A DNA stretch of 41,228 nt from an uncultured Victivallaceae bacterium (GCA_964440205.1 CAYTRK010000001.1:1-41228); one strand, 5' to 3'; shown: positions 8,447 to 17,425, counted from the stretch's first letter. A program made the numbers and translations. The notes: generated by a model from the letters alone, not told the origin.

Positions 8447-9196
8447 ATGAGTCGTATCATTACTATGTCTGTTATTATGGGTGCAGTGCTTGTTTTTTCT
8501 ATTACGGATCTGCATGCAGGGGATTCGAGTGTTGGCGCTGACGTCAATGCCGGATATGTATGGCGTGGTATTACCTTCAACGATGGAACAGTGTTTCAGC
8601 CATGGGTTGATGTTCCGATGGGGGACGGGTTCGGTGTTAATGTATGGGGTAACATGGACATTGATGACAACGACGGCGCCTACGAGGATGGTGAATTTTC
8701 AGAAGTGGATATTACATTGAACTATACAAGAGAGATTGGCGGTGTGGAGGTCTCTGGCGGGTATCTCGAGTATTTGTATCCACATCAGACAGATGTCACA
8801 AATGCCCTTGCAGGGACGCGAGAGGTTTATCTGTCGTTGTCCGCCGGGATCATCAGCGACCTTTCATGTACGTTTTCTTTCTATTACGACATTGATGAAA
8901 TTGAGGACTATTATGCATCCTTGGGCTTGGATTACGAGCTTGATCCTGAGGGACCGCTGAGCTTTGGCATAGGGGCCCGGATTGGTTACGCAGGCAAGGA
9001 CTGGGCAATTTTCAATTCAGGCGGTATTGACGGTGGATTTCACGAGTATGTTGTCCAGTCTTTCGCGTCTTACGAGGTTACAGATGCCATGAGTCTTGGT
9101 GCGACGGTGGCATATGCGGATTCGCTGGATGAAGATGTTCTGCCTGATCAGGATGTTGATGTGTATGGTGGTCTCAATTTGTCGTTGAGCCTCTGA
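8447..9196 (+). CDS. Gcw_chp/TorF-like outer-membrane beta-barrel protein (paralog 1)
   Basis: I trimmed the ORF to ATG 8447 (MSRIITMSVIMGAVLVFSITDLHA signal) with AAAGAAAGG upstream. Signature GADVNAGYVWRGITFNDGTVFQPWVDV...GVNVWGNMDI. The sequence alternates beta-like and ends GGLNLSLSL. Confidence 0.65.
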   Translation: MSRIITMSVIMGAVLVFSITDLHAGDSSVGADVNAGYVWRGITFNDGTVFQPWVDVPMGDGFGVNVWGNMDIDDNDGAYEDGEFSEVDITLNYTREIGGVEVSGGYLEYLYPHQTDVTNALAGTREVYLSLSAGIISDLSCTFSFYYDIDEIEDYYASLGLDYELDPEGPLSFGIGARIGYAGKDWAIFNSGGIDGGFHEYVVQSFASYEVTDAMSLGATVAYADSLDEDVLPDQDVDVYGGLNLSLSL

Positions 9197-9390
9197 TCCG
9201 ACAGTTGACGGCGCATCTTGTGACGGCGCTGGCAAGGGTTTTCGGCGGATATCACGACGGCGCTGGGAATTGGCGACACAGAGAGATTCCCGTGTTGCTC
9301 CAATTCGATCGGAAAAAAGTCTCAGAGTGGGAAATCGGTCGTTTCCACGACCCGAGCCTTGTCGGTAACAAATGAATTTCCGGGCAGGCT

Positions 9391-9497
9391 TTAGCCCGCA
9401 TATCTCACAAAATTCCTGCTGCGAGCGCGGATAGCGCCCCCGCAGCAGCGCTCTCCACGCTCCCGCTACGAAAGTCTGTGAAGATATGCGGGTTAGG
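9391..9497. repeat. Full-length ~105-bp palindromic MITE/REP-like element
   Basis: TTAG-CCCGCATATCT...AGATATGCGGG-TTAG: 11-bp perfect terminal inverted repeats, with TTAG on both flanks. Internal ~30-bp arms are imperfectly complementary around a CCCCGCAGCA centre. It lies between convergent genes. Confidence 0.85.
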
Positions 9498-9541
9498 AAA
9501 TATTGCGCGCAATGTGCGTGAACGCGTTGTGTGAAGCTGCT

Positions 9542-10567
9542 CTATTTGAGCACTTTTACGCAACGAAATCCCAGTACCGGTCTCGTAAGGTTGGGGTAAT
9601 CAAAGCTTCTGAACGCAGATTCGATGGATCTTTCTTTAATCACCCAGTCTATTGCAAAAGGAATACCCATCTTGGCGTTGCCGGGATCATAATTCCAACT
9701 GCCGCCGCGTACGACCTTGAGCGGCCAGTATGTCTTGATCATCTTGATAAACACCAGAGGGCTTGAAGGGGGGCCAACCGGATCGGTTATTTCTGTATTG
9801 TCCGGGTAAGCGTCATACCAGTCGTTGCACCATTCGGCGACATTGCCGGCGAGATCGCAAATGCCGATAGCGTTGTCCCCTGCCGGCGAGAATGATCCCA
9901 CGGTTGTTGTTCCTCCGAATTTATCAAGACAGTTTGCCAGAGTGCGGGAAGGCGCAGATCTGCCCCACGGATAAGGCCGACCGTCATTGTACCGCGCAGA
10001 ATACTCCCATTCCGCTTCTGTAGGAAGTCGGTAGCCGGTCTTGTTGTATACGGTGCAGGTCCAGTTATCGATGTTATAAAGTTTATCAAGGCCTTCTTGC
10101 TCGCTAAGCATATTGCAATAGAAAGCTGCACCGTACCATGAGACCTCAATTACGGGCATGTCAGCTTTCCCTTTTAAGGGTGTGAATTTTCCGTCTGTAA
10201 ACTCTATTTCGCAGTCGTTGTCCTCGATATCGAGAAGTTTCTGAGGAGCTTTGCTGAGGCATTGTACGGATTTGCGTTCAACCTGGGCGGCAAGCGGCTT
10301 CTTGTTGATGTAGCCTTTTTTCATTGCGTAGTTCAGCATTTCTGCGAACTTTGCGTTGGTTACCTCGTATTTATCCATATACAAGCCATGTGTCAATGCG
10401 ACATTGCGTTCCGGTCTTGCATCCTCAATGTCGGCATTGCCCATGATAAACGAGCTGGGCTGAAGAAGTAGCATTTCGTGTTCATGCCAGTTCTGTGCGT
10501 CGGCGATATTTATGAAACAGTCTAACGTAACAATACAAACCGCTATAATCCAAGATGAGTATTTCAT
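9542..10567 (-). CDS. Secreted FGE-sulfatase-fold (SUMF1/EgtB/PvdO family) protein
   Basis: 341 aa with a signal-like N-terminus. Motifs VTNAKFAEMLNY, VSWYGAAFYCNMLS, YRLPTEAEWEYSARY, GNVAEWCNDWY, VVRGGSWNYD and LGFRCVKV. Confidence 0.9.
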   Translation of the reverse strand: MKYSSWIIAVCIVTLDCFINIADAQNWHEHEMLLLQPSSFIMGNADIEDARPERNVALTHGLYMDKYEVTNAKFAEMLNYAMKKGYINKKPLAAQVERKSVQCLSKAPQKLLDIEDNDCEIEFTDGKFTPLKGKADMPVIEVSWYGAAFYCNMLSEQEGLDKLYNIDNWTCTVYNKTGYRLPTEAEWEYSARYNDGRPYPWGRSAPSRTLANCLDKFGGTTTVGSFSPAGDNAIGICDLAGNVAEWCNDWYDAYPDNTEITDPVGPPSSPLVFIKMIKTYWPLKVVRGGSWNYDPGNAKMGIPFAIDWVIKERSIESAFRSFDYPNLTRPVLGFRCVKVLK

Positions 10568-10584
10568 TTCTTAGTTCCTTCTGC

Positions 10585-12186
10585 TCAGAAGCCAACCCTG
10601 ATGCCGCTGTTCTTTCCGGGGTTGGACCTTGGGTTATTTGCCGCGAACCGGAGGCTGACCAGCAGGTATTTGCCGGCAGGCGAGGACCATACACCGCCGC
10701 GATTCCCTGCGCCAGCCCCTTCTCTTCCGGGCCAGTCGTCCACATTGGCATATCCTTTCGCGTCCAATTCGCCGTCGCCGTATGATCCTTGAAATGACCG
10801 CCCTTTCGGGTGTCCGATCGTGACGCATCGCTCCCAGAGGTTGCCGCTGAGTTCCATAATGCCGTAGTAAGAAGCGCCGTCGTTCAGGCGTTTTGGCACG
10901 CCCTGATGCTGAGTGTTTTCAAAGAGGCCGATACTGCACGGGCCTTCAAATCCGGGATTGTCTGGAATCTTTTTTCCGGCCGCTATTTCGAACGGGGCTA
11001 TGCCTCCATGAAAACAGCAATTGACAATACCTTGTTCGGGCACCTTTTTCTCGTCACCCGAACCATCTGCTCCATCGAAAGAATTGACTCTTGCCGGATC
11101 TTCAGTGCCCCACGCGTATTCTTCAGGTCGTGGTATTTCGGGGCCGCGGCATGCTTTCTCGTACTCTAGTTCAGTGATGGGGCGAAGGGCTGCCCAGTCG
11201 GCATAAGCTTCAAGATCAGCCCACGAAATATAGTTGCACGCCCTGGCAGGCGCGTATGTGTGGAACTTGATTGGCTCGGTTTTGCCGTTGCCTTTTTTGG
11301 GACAGCAGATGGACTGTCGCAAGACTTCTTTTTCGCTGTGGGTCATGACATGATATTCCTTCACTTCGTCGCCGCTGATATCTGAGGTTACCCGTGCCGC
11401 CTGCTGTTTGCGCGACAGGGTGTTTAGCATATCAACGTACTGCTGTGAGCTTAACTCATATTTCATGCACCAGAATGCTTTGTATCCTTTGGGGAATTCC
11501 GAGGGAATGGTAAAGGGTGTATTGTCTCTGCTCATCGGGTTATCTTGTTCACAGAAAAAAGAACCTGCTTTTTCCTCAACCGGGATGGCCTTTTCAGAAT
11601 CTATCAGGTATGGGCCTTTGTCGGGATAGGTGAAAAATGTGTTATCCGGCCCGTCGGCTCCGCGCGGATCTCCGACATAGTACTTGTCTTCGGGGACATA
11701 TACCATTTCGATGCCGAACACCCTGATCTCGGTCTTTCGCAGATCAGTGGCTGAGAGACCGTCTGCCTTGTAATCCCAGGCCAGTCGAACGTCGTCTGAA
11801 ATAACGTTTCCCGTGCCGGCAGTTCTGAAAAGGAATGCTCCCTTGCGGGTATTCGGTGTCCACATTCCAAGCGCGGTATTGTCGCCGCATGAGAAATATT
11901 CCGGTGTCTGGTCCAGGTAATTAAAATCATTCTTACTGCTGTTGAGAAGCGTGAGGTGTTTCCACGCGCCTTCAGGTTGCCTGTATTTTGCAAACAGCCA
12001 TACGGCGTCGCAATTGAGATTGTTCTTCCATGCCTTGTCCCATCTGACATTGCAGTTGACCTTCGCATAATCCTTCGCCGGATGAATAAGTATAAGCGCC
12101 GTATTATCTATTGACAGGCGGCTTGCCGTAACTTGCGCCTGTGAAAAGAGCAGTATAAAAGAGCAGACAGTTAATATTTTTTTCAT
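10585..12186 (-). CDS. Secreted protein with novel N-terminal half and C-terminal FGE-sulfatase-fold domain
   Basis: 533 aa with signal MKKILTVCSFILLFSQAQVTA. Motifs ISWADLEAYADWAALRPITELEYEKACRG, SGNLWERCVT, NRGGVWSS and the terminal SGIRVGF. Confidence 0.85.
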   Translation of the reverse strand: MKKILTVCSFILLFSQAQVTASRLSIDNTALILIHPAKDYAKVNCNVRWDKAWKNNLNCDAVWLFAKYRQPEGAWKHLTLLNSSKNDFNYLDQTPEYFSCGDNTALGMWTPNTRKGAFLFRTAGTGNVISDDVRLAWDYKADGLSATDLRKTEIRVFGIEMVYVPEDKYYVGDPRGADGPDNTFFTYPDKGPYLIDSEKAIPVEEKAGSFFCEQDNPMSRDNTPFTIPSEFPKGYKAFWCMKYELSSQQYVDMLNTLSRKQQAARVTSDISGDEVKEYHVMTHSEKEVLRQSICCPKKGNGKTEPIKFHTYAPARACNYISWADLEAYADWAALRPITELEYEKACRGPEIPRPEEYAWGTEDPARVNSFDGADGSGDEKKVPEQGIVNCCFHGGIAPFEIAAGKKIPDNPGFEGPCSIGLFENTQHQGVPKRLNDGASYYGIMELSGNLWERCVTIGHPKGRSFQGSYGDGELDAKGYANVDDWPGREGAGAGNRGGVWSSPAGKYLLVSLRFAANNPRSNPGKNSGIRVGF

Positions 12187-12286
12187 ATGATTGCCCCTGT
12201 TCGTGTATTGTCTTATGTCAGTTGATCTTTTTTATGACACACCGATGTCCCCGGTGTCCAACGAGTGTGCCGCGTGTGGTCTTTTC

Positions 12287-13702
12287 CTATTCATCTCTCG
12301 CCTTATCTCGATGCCCTGAAACAGATATAAGAACAGCCGGGATAATTGCAACGCCCAGTAATATGGCAAGGAGCATGAACTGTGCGCGTATGGATTCACT
12401 GCCCATGAGAGATGATGCCTTGCCCAGTACGATAGGGGAGGTGAACTGGCCGAAATATACCCCGGAACTGACTATTGCCATGCCGAAAGCCCTGGCGACC
12501 GGTGTGACGCTTTTTGACACCTTGAGAAGAAGCAGGGGCATCATGAATCCGGAGCTTAGGCCTATGCAGACGACACCTGCATAGACAAAAGAAAGTGACT
12601 GTGCTGTGCCTAGCAGCCAGAAGCCTCCGCCCATGAGGGCGATTGTTGCCGCCGGGAAAAGACGCCTCATTATGCGCATAAGCATAGCAAGGGCGATGCC
12701 GGAAACGACACCGGCGAGGGTCATTGCTGACAGCGCGAAGCCTGCAACTGCGGGTCTGCCGAGACGAGCATTGCTTATCATCAGGGCGTTTTCGGTCTTC
12801 TTTACGGCGTAACTTCGGTTGGCGTCTTTTAATAGCCAGCGCTTGCCGGGTTCTTCCTCGCTGATTGTAAGCTTGCCGTTAACCTGGATGCCGTTTTCAA
12901 TAAGAGCCTGTCTTGTCTGCTCGGGTACGATGCCGGTTCTAATGCTCTCTACAAGCTGTTCTTTGCTTTCCATTAGCGGGATATGGCTCTCAAAGATTGT
13001 TTCCTCTTCTTCTATGAATAGCGCCATATTAGTGGGTACCGCATAGAACGCTATCATCATGAGTGCGCCGAGCAGGGCGCACAACCATACGCTACCGGGC
13101 AGTCTGAATGCGTTTTGGCTCGACTTTTGTTTTTTCTCCCAGTCGGGCAGCCAGCGCAGGACGAGGGCCAGTGAGACAACAGCGAGGCTATAGACAGCAA
13201 ATGCGTAGCGCCAGCTAATGCATGCGAGCCAGCCGGATACAACGAGGAAAAGCACACCGCCGAGATGGCTTACTGAACCTGAGAGGCCCATCATCTTTGT
13301 CCGCTGTTCGCCTTCAAAAAGGTCAGCTATGAGTGATGTTGAAAGCGGCATTATAAGGCCCACGCCGACACCGAGCAGTCCTCTGAAAAACAGGAGCTGT
13401 TTGATTGTTGTTGTAAGTCCGCCGCCTATACCGCCGATGCAGAAAATAATAAGTCCTGTGATCAATACTTTCCGGGGTGTCCATTTTGACACGAGCCAGC
13501 CGGAGAAGAGGCTGAAAGGTATGATAAGCAGGGCGGGAAGTGTAAGTGTCAGTTTGATTACAGTCTTGCTCACTTCAGGGAAGGCCTGACTAATCTTTGC
13601 GAGCGCCGGTGAGACTGCGGCGGCAGCCATGATGGTAAGCAGTGACAGAGAGAGAACTGCTGTTTTTAATCCGATACCGGATTTGGTCTTTTTGTGGTTC
13701 AT
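12287..13702 (-). CDS. MFS transporter with ~85-aa soluble insertion
   Basis: 471 aa with ~12 hydrophobic helices by eye. A charged loop PDWEKKQKSSQ follows helix 6. A hydrophilic insertion (EEEETIFESH...ISNARLG) follows the next helix. Confidence 0.88.
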   Translation of the reverse strand: MNHKKTKSGIGLKTAVLSLSLLTIMAAAAVSPALAKISQAFPEVSKTVIKLTLTLPALLIIPFSLFSGWLVSKWTPRKVLITGLIIFCIGGIGGGLTTTIKQLLFFRGLLGVGVGLIMPLSTSLIADLFEGEQRTKMMGLSGSVSHLGGVLFLVVSGWLACISWRYAFAVYSLAVVSLALVLRWLPDWEKKQKSSQNAFRLPGSVWLCALLGALMMIAFYAVPTNMALFIEEEETIFESHIPLMESKEQLVESIRTGIVPEQTRQALIENGIQVNGKLTISEEEPGKRWLLKDANRSYAVKKTENALMISNARLGRPAVAGFALSAMTLAGVVSGIALAMLMRIMRRLFPAATIALMGGGFWLLGTAQSLSFVYAGVVCIGLSSGFMMPLLLLKVSKSVTPVARAFGMAIVSSGVYFGQFTSPIVLGKASSLMGSESIRAQFMLLAILLGVAIIPAVLISVSGHRDKARDE

Positions 13703-13706
13703 ATTG

Positions 13707-15695
13707 TTACCTTGTTGACCTTACTGGTCTGAAGGGGTATTTGCCGGTCTTTTTGCCGGCGTAGTATCCGTCGTAGCCGAATTGGAAGTTCACGCCCCAC
13801 GCAAACGATGAGGCATAAGTGGACGCAGCCCAGTAAAACCCAAGAGGCTTAGTCTTTACTTCAGGGAAGACATTTTTGTCGTGCCAGCTGTTCTCTGAGA
13901 AAGATACATCTATCAGAGTGGCAATTTCCTTGATGCTCGGCATGCGCCAGTCTGTCTGTCCGGCAAGGTCAAGTTCAGTGCAGTATTTCATGGCTTCGTT
14001 CCAGTTCAGATCCGGAGGTTCACCTTGCATCCACATAAGGCCGGTATTATTGTCGATCACGGTACCGTCACTGTTGTCTGTATAGGATCTTGCATCCGGT
14101 GTTCCGAATGCAAGGTTGTAACCGCCGCGTACGGCCCTGACTGCATAGCGATTTTCTTTCGGGTAACAGATGCCGCATCCGATTGCAAAGTATATGCCCC
14201 ACACCAGGTCAGGATTGGCTCCATAAGGATCGCAGGACCAGTAGAACTCGCAGGCGCACATGTCGTCAAAAGTATCAGCGAGGGAAGGTGAGTATTTTCC
14301 GTAACTTACGATAGATCTCAGCTCTTCCCTGTTAGGCATTCTCCAGTCACTGAAGCCACCGTACATATTCTCGTTAAGTATCTCTATATAATCAAGCGCC
14401 TGTCCATAAGTATAGCGCTTATGGATTGAGTTTAAGGCAACTGGATCATTCGATTTAGTTTCCCAGATGAGCCCTGTATTGTTATCGAAGACCATGCTGA
14501 AGCCCTCTTCTTCGGTCACATTGTCGGCTATAGGGTGTCCGCCATCTCTCATTTTATTGCATGAGAGGGGGTGTATCTGGAAATTGCCGTCTTGTCCGTA
14601 AAAGTCATCGCCTTTGGCAGGTTCATTTATGACGTTACCTTCATCGTCATAGCAGTCGCGCTGTCCGGAATCGGAAAGCACGAAAGCGTTTGATGATTTC
14701 AGGGGCGCATCCAGATTGCGTACTGCGCGGAAAAGCAGTGTCGCTTTTTTGCTGGCGTAATAACCGTCGTAACCAAAGCAAAAATTGGTTACCCAGACGT
14801 AGTATTTTTCATAGGGTGTAGACGAGAAGTAATGCAGTAGTGGTGGTTGAAGTCCGTCGGCGGGGAAGGCGTCTTTGAAATACCACCAGCCGTCATCGTA
14901 GTTCAGGTTAAGTATTGTGTTTAATTCTTTAATGTTTGGCAGGCGCCAGTCCTTATGACCTGCGAGGTCCATCTTTTCGCAGGATTCCAGAGCATCAAAC
15001 CAACTCATCCGGTCGTTTTCATCCTTTTGCCACATCAATCTGGTGACGTTGTCGGTGATGGTTCCATCGCCATTGTCCTGAAAGCGCGATTTGTCCGGCT
15101 TCCCGAACTGGGCATTGTTCCCCCCGCGCACGGCGCGGACATATTGATTTGCGGTCTGTCCGCTGGCGGTTCCACTGCCGAGCCCGAAAAAGAGTACCCA
15201 GCCGAAATACGGCTGCATCTGATATACGTCTTTTGTCCAGTAAAAGTCTATTTGAGTGTGAGGGAAATACCAGGTATCGACGGCTGGATTAATTATACTG
15301 TAGTCAAAGATTGAGCGCAGTTCATCTTTATTCGGCATTCTCCAGTCAGAGTGGCCGCCGTATTCAGAATCATTGAGCCTTTTGATGTAAACGGTTTGTG
15401 CGTCTTTAAAGCTATACTGATCCTTGCAATAGTTAATGTCATCTGGATCGGGCGACTTGATTTCCCAGGTCAGGCCGGTGTTCTCGTCGCAAACCATACG
15501 GTAGCCGTCTTCCCATGATGCGGCATCAGCGATATCTTCGGCGTTTGCATCGAGTTTTTTGAATTGCATAGGATGCAACTCAAAGCATCCGTCCTGCCCG
15601 TAATATTGTTCTCCCTTGCCTGGGGTGGGGATGTCTTTGCCGAGGTTGTCGTAACAGTTGTTTACGCCTGTATCGGGAAGGTTCAGCCGACTCAT
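13707..15695 (-). CDS. Four-module DUF1566 (Lcl C-terminal-like) protein, no signal peptide
   Basis: 662 aa. Four DUF1566 signatures: HSDWRMPNKDELRSI, HKDWRLPNIKELNTI, FSDWRMPNREELRSI, QTDWRMPSIKEIATL. Two PDTG/DSGQ-x-CYD...YGQDG leader motifs indicate an internal ~330-aa duplication. The stop is 4 nt from the MFS start. Confidence 0.85.
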   Translation of the reverse strand: MSRLNLPDTGVNNCYDNLGKDIPTPGKGEQYYGQDGCFELHPMQFKKLDANAEDIADAASWEDGYRMVCDENTGLTWEIKSPDPDDINYCKDQYSFKDAQTVYIKRLNDSEYGGHSDWRMPNKDELRSIFDYSIINPAVDTWYFPHTQIDFYWTKDVYQMQPYFGWVLFFGLGSGTASGQTANQYVRAVRGGNNAQFGKPDKSRFQDNGDGTITDNVTRLMWQKDENDRMSWFDALESCEKMDLAGHKDWRLPNIKELNTILNLNYDDGWWYFKDAFPADGLQPPLLHYFSSTPYEKYYVWVTNFCFGYDGYYASKKATLLFRAVRNLDAPLKSSNAFVLSDSGQRDCYDDEGNVINEPAKGDDFYGQDGNFQIHPLSCNKMRDGGHPIADNVTEEEGFSMVFDNNTGLIWETKSNDPVALNSIHKRYTYGQALDYIEILNENMYGGFSDWRMPNREELRSIVSYGKYSPSLADTFDDMCACEFYWSCDPYGANPDLVWGIYFAIGCGICYPKENRYAVRAVRGGYNLAFGTPDARSYTDNSDGTVIDNNTGLMWMQGEPPDLNWNEAMKYCTELDLAGQTDWRMPSIKEIATLIDVSFSENSWHDKNVFPEVKTKPLGFYWAASTYASSFAWGVNFQFGYDGYYAGKKTGKYPFRPVRSTR

Positions 15696-15730
15696 ATCGC
15701 ATCTCCATGTTGAGGTGTTATTTACAAGGC

Positions 15731-17386
15731 TCAGACCTTACCCAGGCTGAATGGCGGATACACTTCCGATTCAATATGAACATCGATCAGCGTTGGTTTG
15801 CCATCCTCGATAGCCTTCTTCAGGACCGGCTCGAAATCTTCAATCTTCTCCACGCGGTAGCCTTTGGCGCCGCACGCCTTAGCGTATTGGATATAGTCAG
15901 GGTTGTTGAATGTCATGTAAGCATGCCTGTTGTACATATTGATCAGGAACTTCTTGATCACATTGAATTCACCGTTGTTGAAAATGACCCATATGACAGG
16001 TATATTATACTGAACAGCAGTCATCAGTTCGAAACCAGCCATCAGGTAGCATCCGTCTCCGGAGCCGCTTATTACCACCTTGTCAGGGTTTGCGCATTTG
16101 ACACCGATACAGCCGTTTGTATGGCTGGCCATCGGGCCGAAAGAGCCCGGGTTCTGGTAACGCTGGTTTTGTCCATATTTCATATGCGCGCAGAGCCACA
16201 GCATGTGTGAGCCGGCATCGCCCATGACGATTGCATCGGGCGGCAGACATTTTGATATTTCTCTGCAGAGCTCTCCGGGATGTATCTTTGAGCCGGAGTG
16301 TTCTATGGGCAGGTCGCAATTTCGTTCGCTTTCGACATGTATTTGTTCAGGCTGATCAGGAATGGCTTTTTCCATTTCCGCATGCAGGGCTTCAATCGCT
16401 GGCAGAATATCGCTGACCATGCCGTAATCGGCCTTGTAGACCTTGTCTATTTCATTGGGGTCTATATTGATATGAAGCAGCGTTTTATTCTCATAGAGAT
16501 CGGGTTTGAATGAGAAGGTTGCATTTTGTGCAAACGAGTTGCCCAGAGCTAGAATTACATCGGCGCTGTCGAAGAAGGCTGTTGCTCCCGGATCGCCGGA
16601 TGTTCCGTACATGCCTAAGCTCAGGTGGGTCTCTTCGGAGAGAGCTCCTTTGGCGTCCATCGTAGTGAAATATGGCAATTGAAAACGGTCTACCAGCTTG
16701 CGCAGGGCTTTTTCAGCGTGACTGCGAATACAGCCGTAGCCGATGATGACGCCGACTTTTTTGTTGCTCTTAATAGCGTCTGAAAGTACGTCGGCAAACT
16801 CCTTGACCTTGGCTGTGTCTGGAAGAACAGGCTTGATGTCCAGTTTAATTTCTCTGAAGTTCGGCACTTCCATGACTGTTACGTCTTTAGGCACATGGAT
16901 GTGAACGGGACCCGGGCGGCCTTCAAACGCGGTATTGAGAGCATCTTCCAGTATGTCACAGGTATCCTTCGGGTCTTCTATGATATAAGATTTTTTTGTA
17001 GTAGCCGAGAACATGGCGTGGGAATCAGGAGTTCTGTTGAGACCCGTTGACTCGTTCAGTGCGCCTTTGCCGCGCTGGCTGGCAGAGGTGTAGCCGGTGA
17101 TGCCGAGTATTGGCAGGGAGTCGTAATAGGCGACAGCCATACCTGAGAAAAGGTTAAAAGCGCCCGGTCCGCCGGTGGCGAAACAGACGCCTAGTTTATC
17201 GGAGAACATCGAGTATCCGCAGGCCATGAAAGATGCAGCCTGCTCGTTCTTGACTATCACGGTTTTTATGTGGTCTGATTTCTCAAGCGCCAGGAGCATA
17301 GATGCATTAACCTGGCCTGAACCCCCGAAAACGTGATCTACGCTGATGTGTTCCAGTGTGCTGACAATTGCTTCATTAACGTCCAT
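15731..17386 (-). CDS. Thiamine-diphosphate-dependent enzyme (acetolactate synthase/decarboxylase superfamily; substrate unknown)
   Basis: 551 aa. ThDP motif GSGDGCYLMAGFELMTAVQYNIPVIWVIFNNGEFN. N-terminal Pyr domain HVFGGSGQVN...GPGAFNL. Confidence 0.92.
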   Translation of the reverse strand: MDVNEAIVSTLEHISVDHVFGGSGQVNASMLLALEKSDHIKTVIVKNEQAASFMACGYSMFSDKLGVCFATGGPGAFNLFSGMAVAYYDSLPILGITGYTSASQRGKGALNESTGLNRTPDSHAMFSATTKKSYIIEDPKDTCDILEDALNTAFEGRPGPVHIHVPKDVTVMEVPNFREIKLDIKPVLPDTAKVKEFADVLSDAIKSNKKVGVIIGYGCIRSHAEKALRKLVDRFQLPYFTTMDAKGALSEETHLSLGMYGTSGDPGATAFFDSADVILALGNSFAQNATFSFKPDLYENKTLLHINIDPNEIDKVYKADYGMVSDILPAIEALHAEMEKAIPDQPEQIHVESERNCDLPIEHSGSKIHPGELCREISKCLPPDAIVMGDAGSHMLWLCAHMKYGQNQRYQNPGSFGPMASHTNGCIGVKCANPDKVVISGSGDGCYLMAGFELMTAVQYNIPVIWVIFNNGEFNVIKKFLINMYNRHAYMTFNNPDYIQYAKACGAKGYRVEKIEDFEPVLKKAIEDGKPTLIDVHIESEVYPPFSLGKV

Positions 17387-17425
17387 GCCGCTACCATCCT
17401 TCTTTACATTGGGTTCTTAAAGCAG

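Noticed and set aside
15731-17386. Calling the ThDP enzyme biosynthetic acetolactate synthase (ilvB).
   Set aside because: There is no ilvN or ilvC neighbour, and the context is tautomerase, DJ-1 and cupin genes. The sequence alone cannot discriminate among ThDP subfamilies, so I gave only the superfamily.
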